From an uncultured virus (IMG/VR IMGVR_UViG_3300018411_000016) (taxonomy: Duplodnaviria > Heunggongvirae > Uroviricota > Caudoviricetes), in the IMG/VR virus record IMGVR_UViG_3300018411_000016: 64,000 nucleotides of DNA; one strand, 5' to 3'. The position numbers and the translations under genes were made by a program. The notes under the pieces are model-generated. The model did no database searches and was not told the origin of the DNA. It saw nothing but the letters and a program-made list of their open reading frames with translations. Positions 29,697 through 41,026 of the stretch are shown piece by piece (the stretch's first letter is position 1; each line of letters opens with the position of its first letter).

Positions 29697-30200
29697 ATGG
29701 CTAGATTATCAACTTGTAAGAGTTGTGGAAAGCAACTACAAACTGACGAAAAACACATACATTCTGGCAAAACATATTGTAAAGAGTGTTACGATAAGAT
29801 TTTGAGAGATAGTGAAGAATATAAGCAATTAATTCAATTTATTTGTGACAATTATCAAATATTTAGACCTACTGGTTTAATGTTAAAACAAATTAAAGAA
29901 TATAAAAATGAGTATTCTTATACTTATGGTGGCATGATGTATACTCTCTGGTATGCTAAAGAAATATTAGCAAAAGAGTTTATAGTAATGTATGGAGTTT
30001 CACTGATTAAATACTACTACGAGGATGCTTGTTCCTATTATAGTCATCAAGAAGAAATCAAACGGAGCATGGAGAACAACAGTAACGTAGAAATAAAAAC
30101 TAAGGTCATTAAAATAAATAAAACAACATCTACAAAACCAATACAATCTAATTCGCTTATAGATTTAGGAAATTTAATAAAAGGTGGTGACACTCATTAA
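29697..30200 (+). CDS. Zn-finger protein (YorH-like; helicase accessory?)
   Basis: CKSC/CKEC; position before helicase. Confidence 0.6.
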   Translation: MARLSTCKSCGKQLQTDEKHIHSGKTYCKECYDKILRDSEEYKQLIQFICDNYQIFRPTGLMLKQIKEYKNEYSYTYGGMMYTLWYAKEILAKEFIVMYGVSLIKYYYEDACSYYSHQEEIKRSMENNSNVEIKTKVIKINKTTSTKPIQSNSLIDLGNLIKGGDTH

Positions 30201-31818
30201 TTTTAGTCAACAGGTAGATAAAAAAGCAATTTTCTTATTATTTGGGTGTTATTGTAATAATCCTCGATTGGTGTTAGATGAAAAGTATTCAACTAATACC
30301 AATGATTACCCTGAGAATTTTCATAAAATGATTTGGGGTGCTATAGTAAATATTGCAAAGAAACGAAATGTAGAAAAAATTGGAGCTTTAGAATTAGAAA
30401 ATGAAATATCCCAAATAGAGGAACTTCTCTTAATTTGGAAAAATAATAATGGATGGGAATATATAGAATCATCCATTGAAATGACAAAAGACAAATTAGA
30501 CAATGTTGGTCAATATTACGATGATGTTAGAAAATATTCTATTATTCGTAACGCTAGTGAAGAATTAAAATTAAACATAAGTTTTATATACGACGAAACT
30601 GACGATGATAAAATTCAAAAATTTAATTCATTAACTAGCACCGAAGTATTAAATGAAATTAACAATAAGTTTTTAGAATTTAAGTTACTATGGAAGAATG
30701 TATTTGGTGATAATTACTCCTTTCATGTAGGAGAAGGTATATCCGATAGGTTGGCAGAACATAAACGAAAAGAAAATACATATGGTTATCCGTTTCAAAG
30801 TGGTTATTTAACTACAGTTTATAGAGGTATGAGAAAGAAAAAATTTATAATTAGAAGTTCCATATCTGGAGGTGGTAAATCTCGTTCGTCAATGGCTGAT
30901 GCGGTCAACATAGCCACAACATTTATATATGACTGGAGTAAACATGAATGGATTTCAACAGGTGAAAGAGAACCCGTATTGTTCATATCTACTGAACTAA
31001 GTAAAGAGGAAATACAAGATTGTTTGTTGGCTCATATTAGTGGTATAGATGAAGATAGAATTTCCGAATGGTCAGATATAACTAACGAAGAAGAAAGTAT
31101 ATTAAATATAGCAGCTAAGTTAGTTGAAGAGTCCATGTTATATGGTGAATATATGCCAGATTTTACAATAGATACTATTAGTGAAACCATTGAAAAATAT
31201 GTGATTAATCATAACATAGGATATTGTTTCTTCGATTACATCAACGATTCGCCATCTTTGTACAGTTATTATTATGAAAAAAGTAAAACTAGACTCAGAA
31301 CTGACCAGATATTATTTATGTTTAGCAATTCATTAAAACTTGCCTGTAATAAATACAATGTATATTTAGGGTCAGCTACACAGCTAAATGATTCATATAA
31401 AGACGATATAAACAAAGATGCGGGTGCGTTGAAAGGTAGTAAGTCAATAGTTGAAAAAGCAGATGGTGGTATATTAGCACTTCCTGTTACACATAAGGAT
31501 TTAAAAAAATTAGAACCAATTTTAAAAGCAGATGGTAGGTTTGGAACTCTTGTTCCTAACATGGCTTATTACATATTTAAAAACCGTGGTGGTAAATGGA
31601 AGTCGATTATAATATGGACAAAAATTAATCTTGGAACAATGAGAGAAGTAGATTGTTTTGTCACTAATTATAATTTTGAATTAGTGCCAGACATTGAAAA
31701 AACATTAATTGAATTTCAATTAGACGATGTTGGTGATGTTGGTATAATTGAAACTGATAACGGAATTAACGTATCTGGAGCAATTGATATTGTAAATGAA
31801 TTATCCAAATCTAAATAG
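30184..31818 (+). CDS. dnaB: DnaB-like replicative helicase
   Basis: SGGGKSR, FISTEL, FFDYI, ATQLN, KNRGG. Confidence 0.88.
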   Translation: MVTLINFSQQVDKKAIFLLFGCYCNNPRLVLDEKYSTNTNDYPENFHKMIWGAIVNIAKKRNVEKIGALELENEISQIEELLLIWKNNNGWEYIESSIEMTKDKLDNVGQYYDDVRKYSIIRNASEELKLNISFIYDETDDDKIQKFNSLTSTEVLNEINNKFLEFKLLWKNVFGDNYSFHVGEGISDRLAEHKRKENTYGYPFQSGYLTTVYRGMRKKKFIIRSSISGGGKSRSSMADAVNIATTFIYDWSKHEWISTGEREPVLFISTELSKEEIQDCLLAHISGIDEDRISEWSDITNEEESILNIAAKLVEESMLYGEYMPDFTIDTISETIEKYVINHNIGYCFFDYINDSPSLYSYYYEKSKTRLRTDQILFMFSNSLKLACNKYNVYLGSATQLNDSYKDDINKDAGALKGSKSIVEKADGGILALPVTHKDLKKLEPILKADGRFGTLVPNMAYYIFKNRGGKWKSIIIWTKINLGTMREVDCFVTNYNFELVPDIEKTLIEFQLDDVGDVGIIETDNGINVSGAIDIVNELSKSK

Positions 31819-31836
31819 AGAGGAGATTGATTTACA

Positions 31837-32919
31837 ATGACAGCTCAAGACTTAAAAGATAAATTAACAGAGGATAACATAAGGCAATTGCTTATTGAAA
31901 TGGGAGCAAGTTTTTATTATGAAGATGATGACATTTGGATAACAGATACCATTTGTCATCATGGTTCTAAACCAAAACTGTATTTTTACAAAGACTCACA
32001 AGTGTTCCATTGTTATACTGAATGTGGTCAAATGGATATATTAGGATTAGTTAAACGATATAAAGACTATTCAGATGAGGAATTTTATAAAGTAATAAAT
32101 TGGATATGTATTAAACTTAACCTTGATAATTATGAGTATGGTTTTGGAAATCAAGAGCAAATATCAGATTGGGAGTTCATTAGAAATTATAAAAAACAAT
32201 CAAAAAAACAACAAGTAGATACTAAATTATTAGTTCCCTATGATAAAAATATATTGAATATATTTCAACCGATGTATGTTCAAGATTGGATTAATGAGGG
32301 AATAAGTATTGAAACTATGAAAAAATATAACATTGTGTATTCTACATGGCAACAAAAAATTATAATCCCTCACTTTGATATTAATAATCAATTGATTGGA
32401 GTACGAAGTAGGTCAATGCTAGAAGAAGATGTTGATTTGTTTGGTAAATATACACCTTTCAAAGTAGGTAGAAAACATTTTTATAATCATGCGTTAGGAC
32501 AAAATTTATTCGGTTTAAACCATAATTTGAAAGCAATACAAAGAAAAAGAAAGATTATGTTGGTTGAATCCGAAAAAGCAGTTATGCAGACAGATAGTAT
32601 GTTTGGAGATGACAATTTTACAGTTGCGTTATGTGGTAGTAATTTGACCAGTTATCAACGTGGTATAATTTTAATGCTTGGTGTAAGAGAAGTAATTGTT
32701 GGTTTAGACAAGCAATATGAAAGTTTAGATTCTGCTGAGTGCAAGGAATGGGCTAAAAAAATAAAAGAGAATATAATTGATAATTTAGTTCAATATGTTA
32801 ATGTTTCAATTTTGTGGGATACTCAAAATTTATTAAACTATAAAGATGCCCCAACAGACAAAGGAAAAGATACTTTGCTGTCTTTAATGGATAATAAAAT
32901 ATATGTTACGTCACAGTAA
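31837..32919 (+). CDS. DNA primase (Zn-binding + TOPRIM)
   Basis: TICHH..FHCYTEC; LVESEK; GLD; KDAPTD. Confidence 0.85.
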   Translation: MTAQDLKDKLTEDNIRQLLIEMGASFYYEDDDIWITDTICHHGSKPKLYFYKDSQVFHCYTECGQMDILGLVKRYKDYSDEEFYKVINWICIKLNLDNYEYGFGNQEQISDWEFIRNYKKQSKKQQVDTKLLVPYDKNILNIFQPMYVQDWINEGISIETMKKYNIVYSTWQQKIIIPHFDINNQLIGVRSRSMLEEDVDLFGKYTPFKVGRKHFYNHALGQNLFGLNHNLKAIQRKRKIMLVESEKAVMQTDSMFGDDNFTVALCGSNLTSYQRGIILMLGVREVIVGLDKQYESLDSAECKEWAKKIKENIIDNLVQYVNVSILWDTQNLLNYKDAPTDKGKDTLLSLMDNKIYVTSQ

Positions 32920-32929
32920 GGAGGTAGAT

Positions 32930-34705
32930 ATGAGTTTTAAATATAAATTATTAGGAAATATAGAATTTGGAAATGAAATACAGTCTATACTTAAATCCAA
33001 GGGAATTATTGATGTAGCATCATTTCTACAACCAAGTAATAAGCACCTAGAAAGTGAATGGTTGTTTGATAATATTGAAAAAGCTAGAGATAAGTTTATA
33101 TTTCACTTGAATAATAATAATAAGATGTTAATTGTTGTTGATACAGATGCAGATGGTTACACTTCAGCAGCTTTAATGTATCAATATATTAAACGAATTA
33201 AACCGTCAACGTATGTAGACTATATTATTCATAAAGGAAAAGAACATGGCTTGTCTGATTTACTTCCTCAAATATACGGAAGTGAGTATAAATTAATAAT
33301 AATTCCAGACGCAGGTAGTAATGATTATGTAGAATGTACAGACTTGTGTTTAGACGGAAAAGATATAATTGTTTTAGACCATCATATTGTATCTAATATT
33401 GACAAAGAAAAGCCGTTGAAATATCACGAAGGAAGATACACGAAGGAAAATCCAGCTATTATTGTAAATAATCAAGCTTCAAATAAAATTACAGACAAAG
33501 CTATGACAGGTGTAGGAGTAACGTATAAATTTTGTAAGGTTTTGGATGCTTATTTTAAAGTTGATTTCGCCGATGATTATTTAGATTTGGTAGCAATTGG
33601 AATGATTGGTGACCGAGCAGACTTATTTAATTTACAGAGTAGATATTTGGTGTTACATGGATTAGATAAAATCAAAAGGAAAATTAATAAAAACAAGTTT
33701 ATTTCAGAATTAGTTAAGGCACAAAGCTATTCTATGAATAATAAAGTTACATTTAATGGAATTGGTTTCTATGTCGTTCCTTTAATTAATTCATTAATTA
33801 GGCTTGGTGATTACGAAGAGAAGAAGATTATGTTTGAAGCACTTTGCAATTCAGATAAAAAGTTATTAAGAAAAGTAAGAGGGAAAGGAGAAATTGAATT
33901 ATCTATTCAAGAGTATTCTTTGAAATCTTGTCAAAGTGCTAATAGAAAGCAAAAGAAAGTAACAGAAGAAAGTGTACAAGCATTGTCTGATGATATTAAT
34001 GATAATAAATTAAATGAATATCCAATACTAATCTGCAACGCAAGAGAAAATGTAGACTTAAATTCAACAGGATTGATAGCAAATAAATTAGTTTCGACAT
34101 ATCAAAAGCCTAGTTTGTTAATGAGAAGATATGAAAATGTGTGTTCTGGAAGTGGTAGGGGTTATGATAAATGTGAAATATTAAACTTTAATCAATGGTG
34201 CAAAGATACTGGTTTATTTGATAAAATTGAGGGACATGACAATGCCTTTGGTGTAAATATTAAGTTTGAAAATACATATAAATTATTTGAGTTAATTTCT
34301 AATATGAAATGTATAAATGAACCGATTTATTATGTTTGTGGTATTTACAATAGTAATACATTAAGTGACCAAGTTATTAAGCGTATAGCAAACTACGATT
34401 ACTTATGGTCAGCAGGTGTGGATGAACCTTTGTTTCTAATTGAAAATATAACATGTAATAAGTATAGTGTAAATTTAATTGGTGCTAAACAAAATAGAAT
34501 TGAGTTTATATATCATAATGTAAAATTTACTATGTTTTCTAAAGGTAGTTCTTTGTCTAAGTTATATGGTGACATTATAAATACTGGAGATAATATAAAA
34601 TTTAATATGATTGGAAGATTTACGTTAGATGGTAAAGAACCACAAGTAATGATTGAAGATTTAACATTTGAAAAAAGTGATATACTTATTGGTTTTGGAT
34701 TTTAG
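32930..34705 (+). CDS. recJ: RecJ-like DHH exonuclease
   Basis: DTDADG, LDHH, GSGRG, GHDNAFG. Confidence 0.9.
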   Translation: MSFKYKLLGNIEFGNEIQSILKSKGIIDVASFLQPSNKHLESEWLFDNIEKARDKFIFHLNNNNKMLIVVDTDADGYTSAALMYQYIKRIKPSTYVDYIIHKGKEHGLSDLLPQIYGSEYKLIIIPDAGSNDYVECTDLCLDGKDIIVLDHHIVSNIDKEKPLKYHEGRYTKENPAIIVNNQASNKITDKAMTGVGVTYKFCKVLDAYFKVDFADDYLDLVAIGMIGDRADLFNLQSRYLVLHGLDKIKRKINKNKFISELVKAQSYSMNNKVTFNGIGFYVVPLINSLIRLGDYEEKKIMFEALCNSDKKLLRKVRGKGEIELSIQEYSLKSCQSANRKQKKVTEESVQALSDDINDNKLNEYPILICNARENVDLNSTGLIANKLVSTYQKPSLLMRRYENVCSGSGRGYDKCEILNFNQWCKDTGLFDKIEGHDNAFGVNIKFENTYKLFELISNMKCINEPIYYVCGIYNSNTLSDQVIKRIANYDYLWSAGVDEPLFLIENITCNKYSVNLIGAKQNRIEFIYHNVKFTMFSKGSSLSKLYGDIINTGDNIKFNMIGRFTLDGKEPQVMIEDLTFEKSDILIGFGF

Positions 34706-34736
34706 GAGGTGAATAGTTAGTTATTGGAAAGGAGAA

Positions 34737-37322
34737 TTGCAATTGTTAAATAGGCAAATATGGGCATACGACTTTGAAGTTTTTTCAAAAATTAATTGGT
34801 GGTGTGTTAGTTTCGTAAACAATGAAACATGCGAAGTAGTTACAATTATAAACAATGCTACTTTATTAAATCAATTTTACGAACAACACAAAGATGATAT
34901 ATTTGTTGGTTATAATAGTAGACAGTATGACCAATATTTATTTAAAGGAATATTAGATGGTGTTAATCCATCCTACATAAATGACCAACTTATTCAATTT
35001 GATAAAAAAGGATTTCAAGTTGTAAGAAATGCTAAACAATATCTATTAAATAATTATGATGCTATTTTAAAAGAGAAATCGTTAAAACAGTTAGAAGCAT
35101 TTATGGGGGATACCATCAAAGAAACGGACGTTCCTTTTGATATAGATAGACCATTAACAGAAGAAGAAATTAAACAAATCATAGCATATAATATTCACGA
35201 TTGTAAAGAGACCTTGAGAGTTTTGAAATATACAAGAGGTGATTTTGATGCACAATTAGAATTGATAGAAATGTTCGACTTGGATATGAATATGTTTAAT
35301 AAAACTAAAGCTCAATTATCAGCAAGTATATTAGGTGCTATACAACAACATACTATAGATGATGAATTTGAAATAACTATTCCCCAAAACCTTAGAATGC
35401 CTAGTAAATATCAACACATCGTCGACTGGTTTAAAAATCCAGAAAATATGAGTTATAAATTACCATTAAAATCCGAATCCAAGCAAGATGCTAGACAGTT
35501 AAATTGTCTTGTGGGTGGAATACCGCATGTAATAGGATATGGCGGAGTACATGGTTCACAAGACAATAAAATATTTGAGGGTATATTAGTCACTTGTGAT
35601 GTTGCTAGTCTATATCCTAGTTTAATGATTAATGAAGGATATTTAAGTAGAAAGTTAGTTAATCCTGATAAATTTAAAGAAATTAGGGATAGGCGTTTAG
35701 AATTAAAGGCTTTGAATGATAAAAGACAGAAACCTTTAAAAATTGTAATAAACTCTACATATGGAATATTAAAAGATAGAAATTCCTCATGTTATGACCC
35801 TTTAATGAGTTCAAATGTTTGTGTGGCAGGTCAATTATACCTTATAGAATTAGTAGCAAGAATTGAAGACTTATGCGAAATACTACAAGTTAATACAGAT
35901 GGTATTTACTTCTTAGTAAAAGATATGGAAATTGTTAAACAAATTCAAACTATTGCATTGGAATGGGAGCATAGAACCAATTTAGATTTGGAATGGGATG
36001 TATATGAAAACGGAAAATTAGTACAAAAGGATGTAAATAACTATTTATTAATTGACAAAACAACTGGTCATTATAAGTGCAAAGGTGCTTATGTGAAAGA
36101 ATTATCACCTATTGACAATGATTTACCTATAATAAATAAAGCTCTGGTGGATTATTTTGTACATGATATTCCAGTGGAACAGACTATAAATGATGCAACA
36201 AACTTAATAGATTTTCAAAAGGTAATAAAACTTACTAATCTTTATAAAGGCGTAGTTTATGGGGAAGGAAAAAAAGTAAAGATTGATAACAAAGATAAAA
36301 TAATGGTAGAAGACGGAATACAATTAAAAGAAAAAGTTCATAGGGTATTTGCTTCGACTAGAGAATCTGACAAAGGTATTTACAAAGTAAAGATTGAAAA
36401 AGGACAGAAAAGTTATGAAAAAGTAGCATATACACCAGATAAATGTTTTATTGATAACGATGATGTACATGATAAAAATGTACCAGAATATTTAGACAAG
36501 CAATATTATATTGATTTAGCTAAAGAAAGAATACGTCAATTTTTAGAAAAAGAAGATATGAAGGTTGATGAAACTCCAAGTATATTATTTGAGTGTATGT
36601 TGAAAAGTGAAACATTTTACGATTTTCTTTGCTGTGTTTCTGAAAACAATATAACAAATAAAGTATTAGAAGGGTACTTAATTGCTGATTGTTGTAATAA
36701 ATACGGAAAAACAAAAAGATTATTAATCTTTAAAGAATACTTTAATCTTCTTTACAACAAGGAAAAATTTACAGTTAAAAACATAGAACAAAAGATAAAA
36801 GATACTAACATACTAAACATCATTCTTTCTAATGGAGAATTAAACAAAACAGGTAAGACTTATATAAACTTTAATTCAAAAAAAGCACTCTTAGAAATAT
36901 TTGAAAGTATAGAGAATACAGATATAGATATTTATGAAATTATGTCAATGCAAATTAAGAAATTCAACAAGATTAGATATGTAGATAATACATTAAATGA
37001 AAATAGATGGTTTGTGTTAAATACCAGAAATATAATTGCACCAAATTTAATTTTATATAACATGAAAACGGGTGAAATTCAATATAGGAAAGTAAATAAA
37101 GATGTATTTAATATTTTGCCTTTGCAAGATGGAGATATAATAGATGTGAAAAAGTCTGAAATAAAGTTTGGTGAAAAAATTATAAGAAAAGATACAAACG
37201 GAATTAATATAATAGCTGCTGACATAGATAAACAATATGATGTAATTACAAATTATGACATAGTATATAGAAATTACGGAAGTGGTAGTAAACTAGCATC
37301 GTTTAAACAGGAGGAGGAGTAA
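34737..37322 (+). CDS. family B DNA polymerase with extra ~250-aa C-terminal region
   Basis: YDFEV exonuclease, DVASLYPS, KIVINSTYG, NTDG. Confidence 0.9.
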   Translation: MQLLNRQIWAYDFEVFSKINWWCVSFVNNETCEVVTIINNATLLNQFYEQHKDDIFVGYNSRQYDQYLFKGILDGVNPSYINDQLIQFDKKGFQVVRNAKQYLLNNYDAILKEKSLKQLEAFMGDTIKETDVPFDIDRPLTEEEIKQIIAYNIHDCKETLRVLKYTRGDFDAQLELIEMFDLDMNMFNKTKAQLSASILGAIQQHTIDDEFEITIPQNLRMPSKYQHIVDWFKNPENMSYKLPLKSESKQDARQLNCLVGGIPHVIGYGGVHGSQDNKIFEGILVTCDVASLYPSLMINEGYLSRKLVNPDKFKEIRDRRLELKALNDKRQKPLKIVINSTYGILKDRNSSCYDPLMSSNVCVAGQLYLIELVARIEDLCEILQVNTDGIYFLVKDMEIVKQIQTIALEWEHRTNLDLEWDVYENGKLVQKDVNNYLLIDKTTGHYKCKGAYVKELSPIDNDLPIINKALVDYFVHDIPVEQTINDATNLIDFQKVIKLTNLYKGVVYGEGKKVKIDNKDKIMVEDGIQLKEKVHRVFASTRESDKGIYKVKIEKGQKSYEKVAYTPDKCFIDNDDVHDKNVPEYLDKQYYIDLAKERIRQFLEKEDMKVDETPSILFECMLKSETFYDFLCCVSENNITNKVLEGYLIADCCNKYGKTKRLLIFKEYFNLLYNKEKFTVKNIEQKIKDTNILNIILSNGELNKTGKTYINFNSKKALLEIFESIENTDIDIYEIMSMQIKKFNKIRYVDNTLNENRWFVLNTRNIIAPNLILYNMKTGEIQYRKVNKDVFNILPLQDGDIIDVKKSEIKFGEKIIRKDTNGINIIAADIDKQYDVITNYDIVYRNYGSGSKLASFKQEEE

Positions 37323-40300
37323 TGGAGGAAAACATTTTAAAATGCGAAGTCACATTGGATAGGATATTCTTTCCTAAATATGCTAAAAAAGTTGACAATG
37401 GAGAATTTTGTATATTTTCAGCAATGATAAGCAAACGGTTAGAGAATTGTGACAAAGAACTACACTCAATAAAGCTCAAAGGTAACGTATGTGCTATTAC
37501 CTATGGAAATACATATAAAGTATTTGCTAAATTGGCAGAACACCATGAGATGTACGGAGATACTTATGAAATAGTATATATAAGTAAAGTTGTAGATATA
37601 TCTAGTAAAGATAAGCAAAGAGAATTTCTCAAAAATGTGCTTAATGAAAATTTAGTAGATAAATTATTTGATACATATGATGATGTTATAAAGCTATTAG
37701 AAGATAGAGATGTTGAAGCTTTGGTAAAAATTAATGGTATTGGTAATCAAGTTGCCTTGAGATTAATTGATGAATATGAAGAATCAAAAGATTATAGTTC
37801 AATATATATTGAATTGGGTTCTTTAGGTTTAACGTCAAACTTTATTAAAAAGCTTGTTGATTTTTATAACTCACCAGAAACAGTAATTGATGTAGTTAAA
37901 AACAAACCATATGACTTAGTTAGAGTTGATGGTATAGGTTTTAAAAAGGCAGATGAAATAGCATGTAAGGTTGGAATAGGGAAGTATGATATTTGTAGAA
38001 TCAAAGGATTTATGATTCATCATTTAAACGAGCAAGGAGAAGCAGGAAAGAGCTATCTGAGTTATCAAGAACTAATGAAAGCGATGTATGACACATTGGG
38101 TTTTGTTCCCGAAGAAATAGTGATGAACACAGCTAAACTCTTAATGGATAATAATGATGTTATTGTTCTTGATAATGGTTTAAAAATAGCACTAAAAAAG
38201 TATTATGACATTGAACAAAATATTTTAAACGAATTATTAAGACTACAGATAGGAAGAATTACTATCGTTGAAACGTCTGAAGATGAAACATCAGAGTGTG
38301 ACAATGAACCAGAACTACACAAAGACTATGTTCCAAAATTCTTTAATATTAGTAATTGGGAAAGTATAATTAAAAATGTTGAAGAAGTACAAGGTTTTGA
38401 ATTTACAGATGAACAAAAAGGTGCAATTAAATTAAGTCTTGATAATAACGTCATGACACTGACTGGTTTGGCTGGAGCAGGTAAAACAAGTACAGCAAAT
38501 GGAATATGTTCATTGTATGAAAATTACAACATTATAGCTTGTGCGTTATCTGGAAAAGCTAGTGTTCGTATTACCGAAGCAACGGGTTTACCTGCTAGTA
38601 CAATACATAGAGCTTTGGGTTATATGAACGGTTGTTTCATGTTTAATAAGAACAACAAATTAGCTGTAGACATAGTTTTAATTGATGAAGCAACTATGAT
38701 AAATGGTACACTATTCTTGTCATTGTTGGAAGCAATACCTACTGGAGCAAAAGTAATCATCATGGGAGATGTTCAGCAGTTGACACCTATTGGAAATTGT
38801 CAAGTATTTGCTGATATTCTTGATAGTAATGTACTTCCAATTGTAAAGCTAACTAAACCACACAGACAAGCTTTAATGAGTGGTATTATACCAACTTCAA
38901 TAAAAGTAGCTAATCAAGAACAAATATTTATAAACTCTTACGAAGGAAATGATATTTTAGGAGAGTTAAAAGATATGGAATTAGACATAACTTCTAGCAA
39001 AGAGTCAATTTCGGATACAATAATCAAACATTTTCAAAAAGAAATGGATAAATTTAATGACATAATGGAAGTACAGATTTGCGTACCAAAAAGATTAAAC
39101 GGTGATTTATCTTGTTACAACATTAATAATAAAATTCAAGCATTGTATAATCCTAAATTATCTGAACAAAAAGAAATAGAGATAATTTTAGAAAAGAAAA
39201 ATGGAGAAGTTAAAAAATACACTATAAGAAAAGGCGATAAAGTTTTAAACATTAAAAACAATTACAAATGTATAAACGCAGAAGGAAAAATTACACCTGT
39301 GTTTAATGGCAATATTGGTATAGTAAAAGATATAGATTCTAATGGTTTTTATACAATTGATTTTGTTGGTATAGGGGAAGTAGTTTTTACTAGAGGTGAA
39401 TCTAAAAATCTTGAATTGGGTTATGCGTGTACAGTTCACAAATGTATTACAGCTGACACGCTGTTATTTACCTCAGATGGAATTATTGAACTTGGCGAAT
39501 TGAACAACGATGCTAATTTATTTGAAAGTAAGGAAATTAATAAAAATATAAAAGTTTTTAATGGAACATCTATGGAAACTCCAAAATATTTTTATAATGC
39601 TGGTAAATCAAAATGTAGAAAAATAACTACACAACGAGGATATTCCTTGACGGCAACATTAGACCATAAGATAGATATTATAGATTATGATGGATATGTT
39701 AAAACAGTATATGTAAAAGATTTGAAAAAGGATGACCATGTGATAATTCAAAAAAATGCCAATGTGTATGGTGAAAATATCAAGTTGTCAGATGGTTGGG
39801 TTGTTGATGTATCTAAACTTGATATAAGAACAAAAAAATATAACACTCCATTGTTTTTAACTAAAGAATTTGCAAGATTTTTGGGGTACATGGTTGCTGA
39901 TGGTGTGGTGTGTAAAGCAGGCTTGAAATATGGAAAAAACCACGAAAATGTAGTCAGAGATTTTCAAAATATTGTTTATCAATTATTTGGTTATAAAACT
40001 AATAAAGAACCTAAAAATGTATTACCCGATGGAAAAATGGGAGGAATGTTTTTAACAGAGATAAATTCAAGATTTATTAGAGATTATTGTTTAAATATTG
40101 ATGGTATTCAACCAAATAATAAGTTTGTACCAAATATTATTCTAAAAGCACCAAAAGAGTTTCAGATTGAATTTCTTAGAGGTGTATTTGAAGATGGTAG
40201 CGTATGTGTAAAAAAGGGTAAATTTGACCACATTTCATTCACATCAACTGAAGAAAAATTAATCAATCAAGTTAATATGATGTTATTGAATATTGGAATT

Positions 40301-41008
40301 ATCACAACAAAAAATACTAGAACTCAAAATGGAAAAATTTCATTTACATTGTTTATATATGGTAGAGATTGTGATAGATTTATAAAAACCATTGGTTTTA
40401 TCAGCAATGAGAAATTTGAAAAATCAGTTAAATTTTACGAGGAAAAACATAATAGTTCAGATTCTTATTCTATACCATATTTAATAAATGTAGTGTACGA
40501 AATTATACAAGATGAGAATTTGAAAGTAAATGAAATCGACAAAGAACTGAATAGAAGCAAAAGAAAGAATAGTATTACTTATTCTTTACTGAAAAAATTC
40601 ATTGAATATTGCTCATCCAATCAGATTAATAATTTCAAATTGGATTATTTGAAAGATATTTTAAATAACACTAATATTCAAAAAATCAAGAACTTTGAAG
40701 AAAATATAGAAGAAAATACATATTGTATTGAAATGCCGATAACTCATAAATTTATACAAAATGGAATAAGAGCGTGGAATTGTCAAGGCAGCGGTTTTTC
40801 TTCTACTATTGTTGGTATGGATAGTGGAAGTTATATAATGAATAATTGCGAGTTGTTATATACAGCAATAACTAGGGCAAAGAAATATTGTATTTTAGTA
40901 GGTAATAATTATGCTATTACAAAAGCAATTCAGAATAAGGAAGTAAAGACCAAGCAAACATTTTTAAGAGATTTATTATTGGAAAACAAATATAGGTTGA
41001 GTGAATAA
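37322..41008 (+). CDS. recD2: RecD2-like SF1B helicase containing an intein
   Basis: HhH repeats, GLAGAGKT, IDEA, GDVQQL, YACTVHK..CQGS, LLYTAITRA. Confidence 0.92.
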   Translation: MEENILKCEVTLDRIFFPKYAKKVDNGEFCIFSAMISKRLENCDKELHSIKLKGNVCAITYGNTYKVFAKLAEHHEMYGDTYEIVYISKVVDISSKDKQREFLKNVLNENLVDKLFDTYDDVIKLLEDRDVEALVKINGIGNQVALRLIDEYEESKDYSSIYIELGSLGLTSNFIKKLVDFYNSPETVIDVVKNKPYDLVRVDGIGFKKADEIACKVGIGKYDICRIKGFMIHHLNEQGEAGKSYLSYQELMKAMYDTLGFVPEEIVMNTAKLLMDNNDVIVLDNGLKIALKKYYDIEQNILNELLRLQIGRITIVETSEDETSECDNEPELHKDYVPKFFNISNWESIIKNVEEVQGFEFTDEQKGAIKLSLDNNVMTLTGLAGAGKTSTANGICSLYENYNIIACALSGKASVRITEATGLPASTIHRALGYMNGCFMFNKNNKLAVDIVLIDEATMINGTLFLSLLEAIPTGAKVIIMGDVQQLTPIGNCQVFADILDSNVLPIVKLTKPHRQALMSGIIPTSIKVANQEQIFINSYEGNDILGELKDMELDITSSKESISDTIIKHFQKEMDKFNDIMEVQICVPKRLNGDLSCYNINNKIQALYNPKLSEQKEIEIILEKKNGEVKKYTIRKGDKVLNIKNNYKCINAEGKITPVFNGNIGIVKDIDSNGFYTIDFVGIGEVVFTRGESKNLELGYACTVHKCITADTLLFTSDGIIELGELNNDANLFESKEINKNIKVFNGTSMETPKYFYNAGKSKCRKITTQRGYSLTATLDHKIDIIDYDGYVKTVYVKDLKKDDHVIIQKNANVYGENIKLSDGWVVDVSKLDIRTKKYNTPLFLTKEFARFLGYMVADGVVCKAGLKYGKNHENVVRDFQNIVYQLFGYKTNKEPKNVLPDGKMGGMFLTEINSRFIRDYCLNIDGIQPNNKFVPNIILKAPKEFQIEFLRGVFEDGSVCVKKGKFDHISFTSTEEKLINQVNMMLLNIGIITTKNTRTQNGKISFTLFIYGRDCDRFIKTIGFISNEKFEKSVKFYEEKHNSSDSYSIPYLINVVYEIIQDENLKVNEIDKELNRSKRKNSITYSLLKKFIEYCSSNQINNFKLDYLKDILNNTNIQKIKNFEENIEENTYCIEMPITHKFIQNGIRAWNCQGSGFSSTIVGMDSGSYIMNNCELLYTAITRAKKYCILVGNNYAITKAIQNKEVKTKQTFLRDLLLENKYRLSE
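39443..40780 (+). mobile_element. intein (446 aa) with LAGLIDADG endonuclease
   Basis: begins CITADTLL after VHK; TLDH block B; LGYMVADG and LRGVFEDG; ends NGIRAWN/C. Confidence 0.9.
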
Positions 41009-41026
41009 AAGAATAGGAGATTTAAC

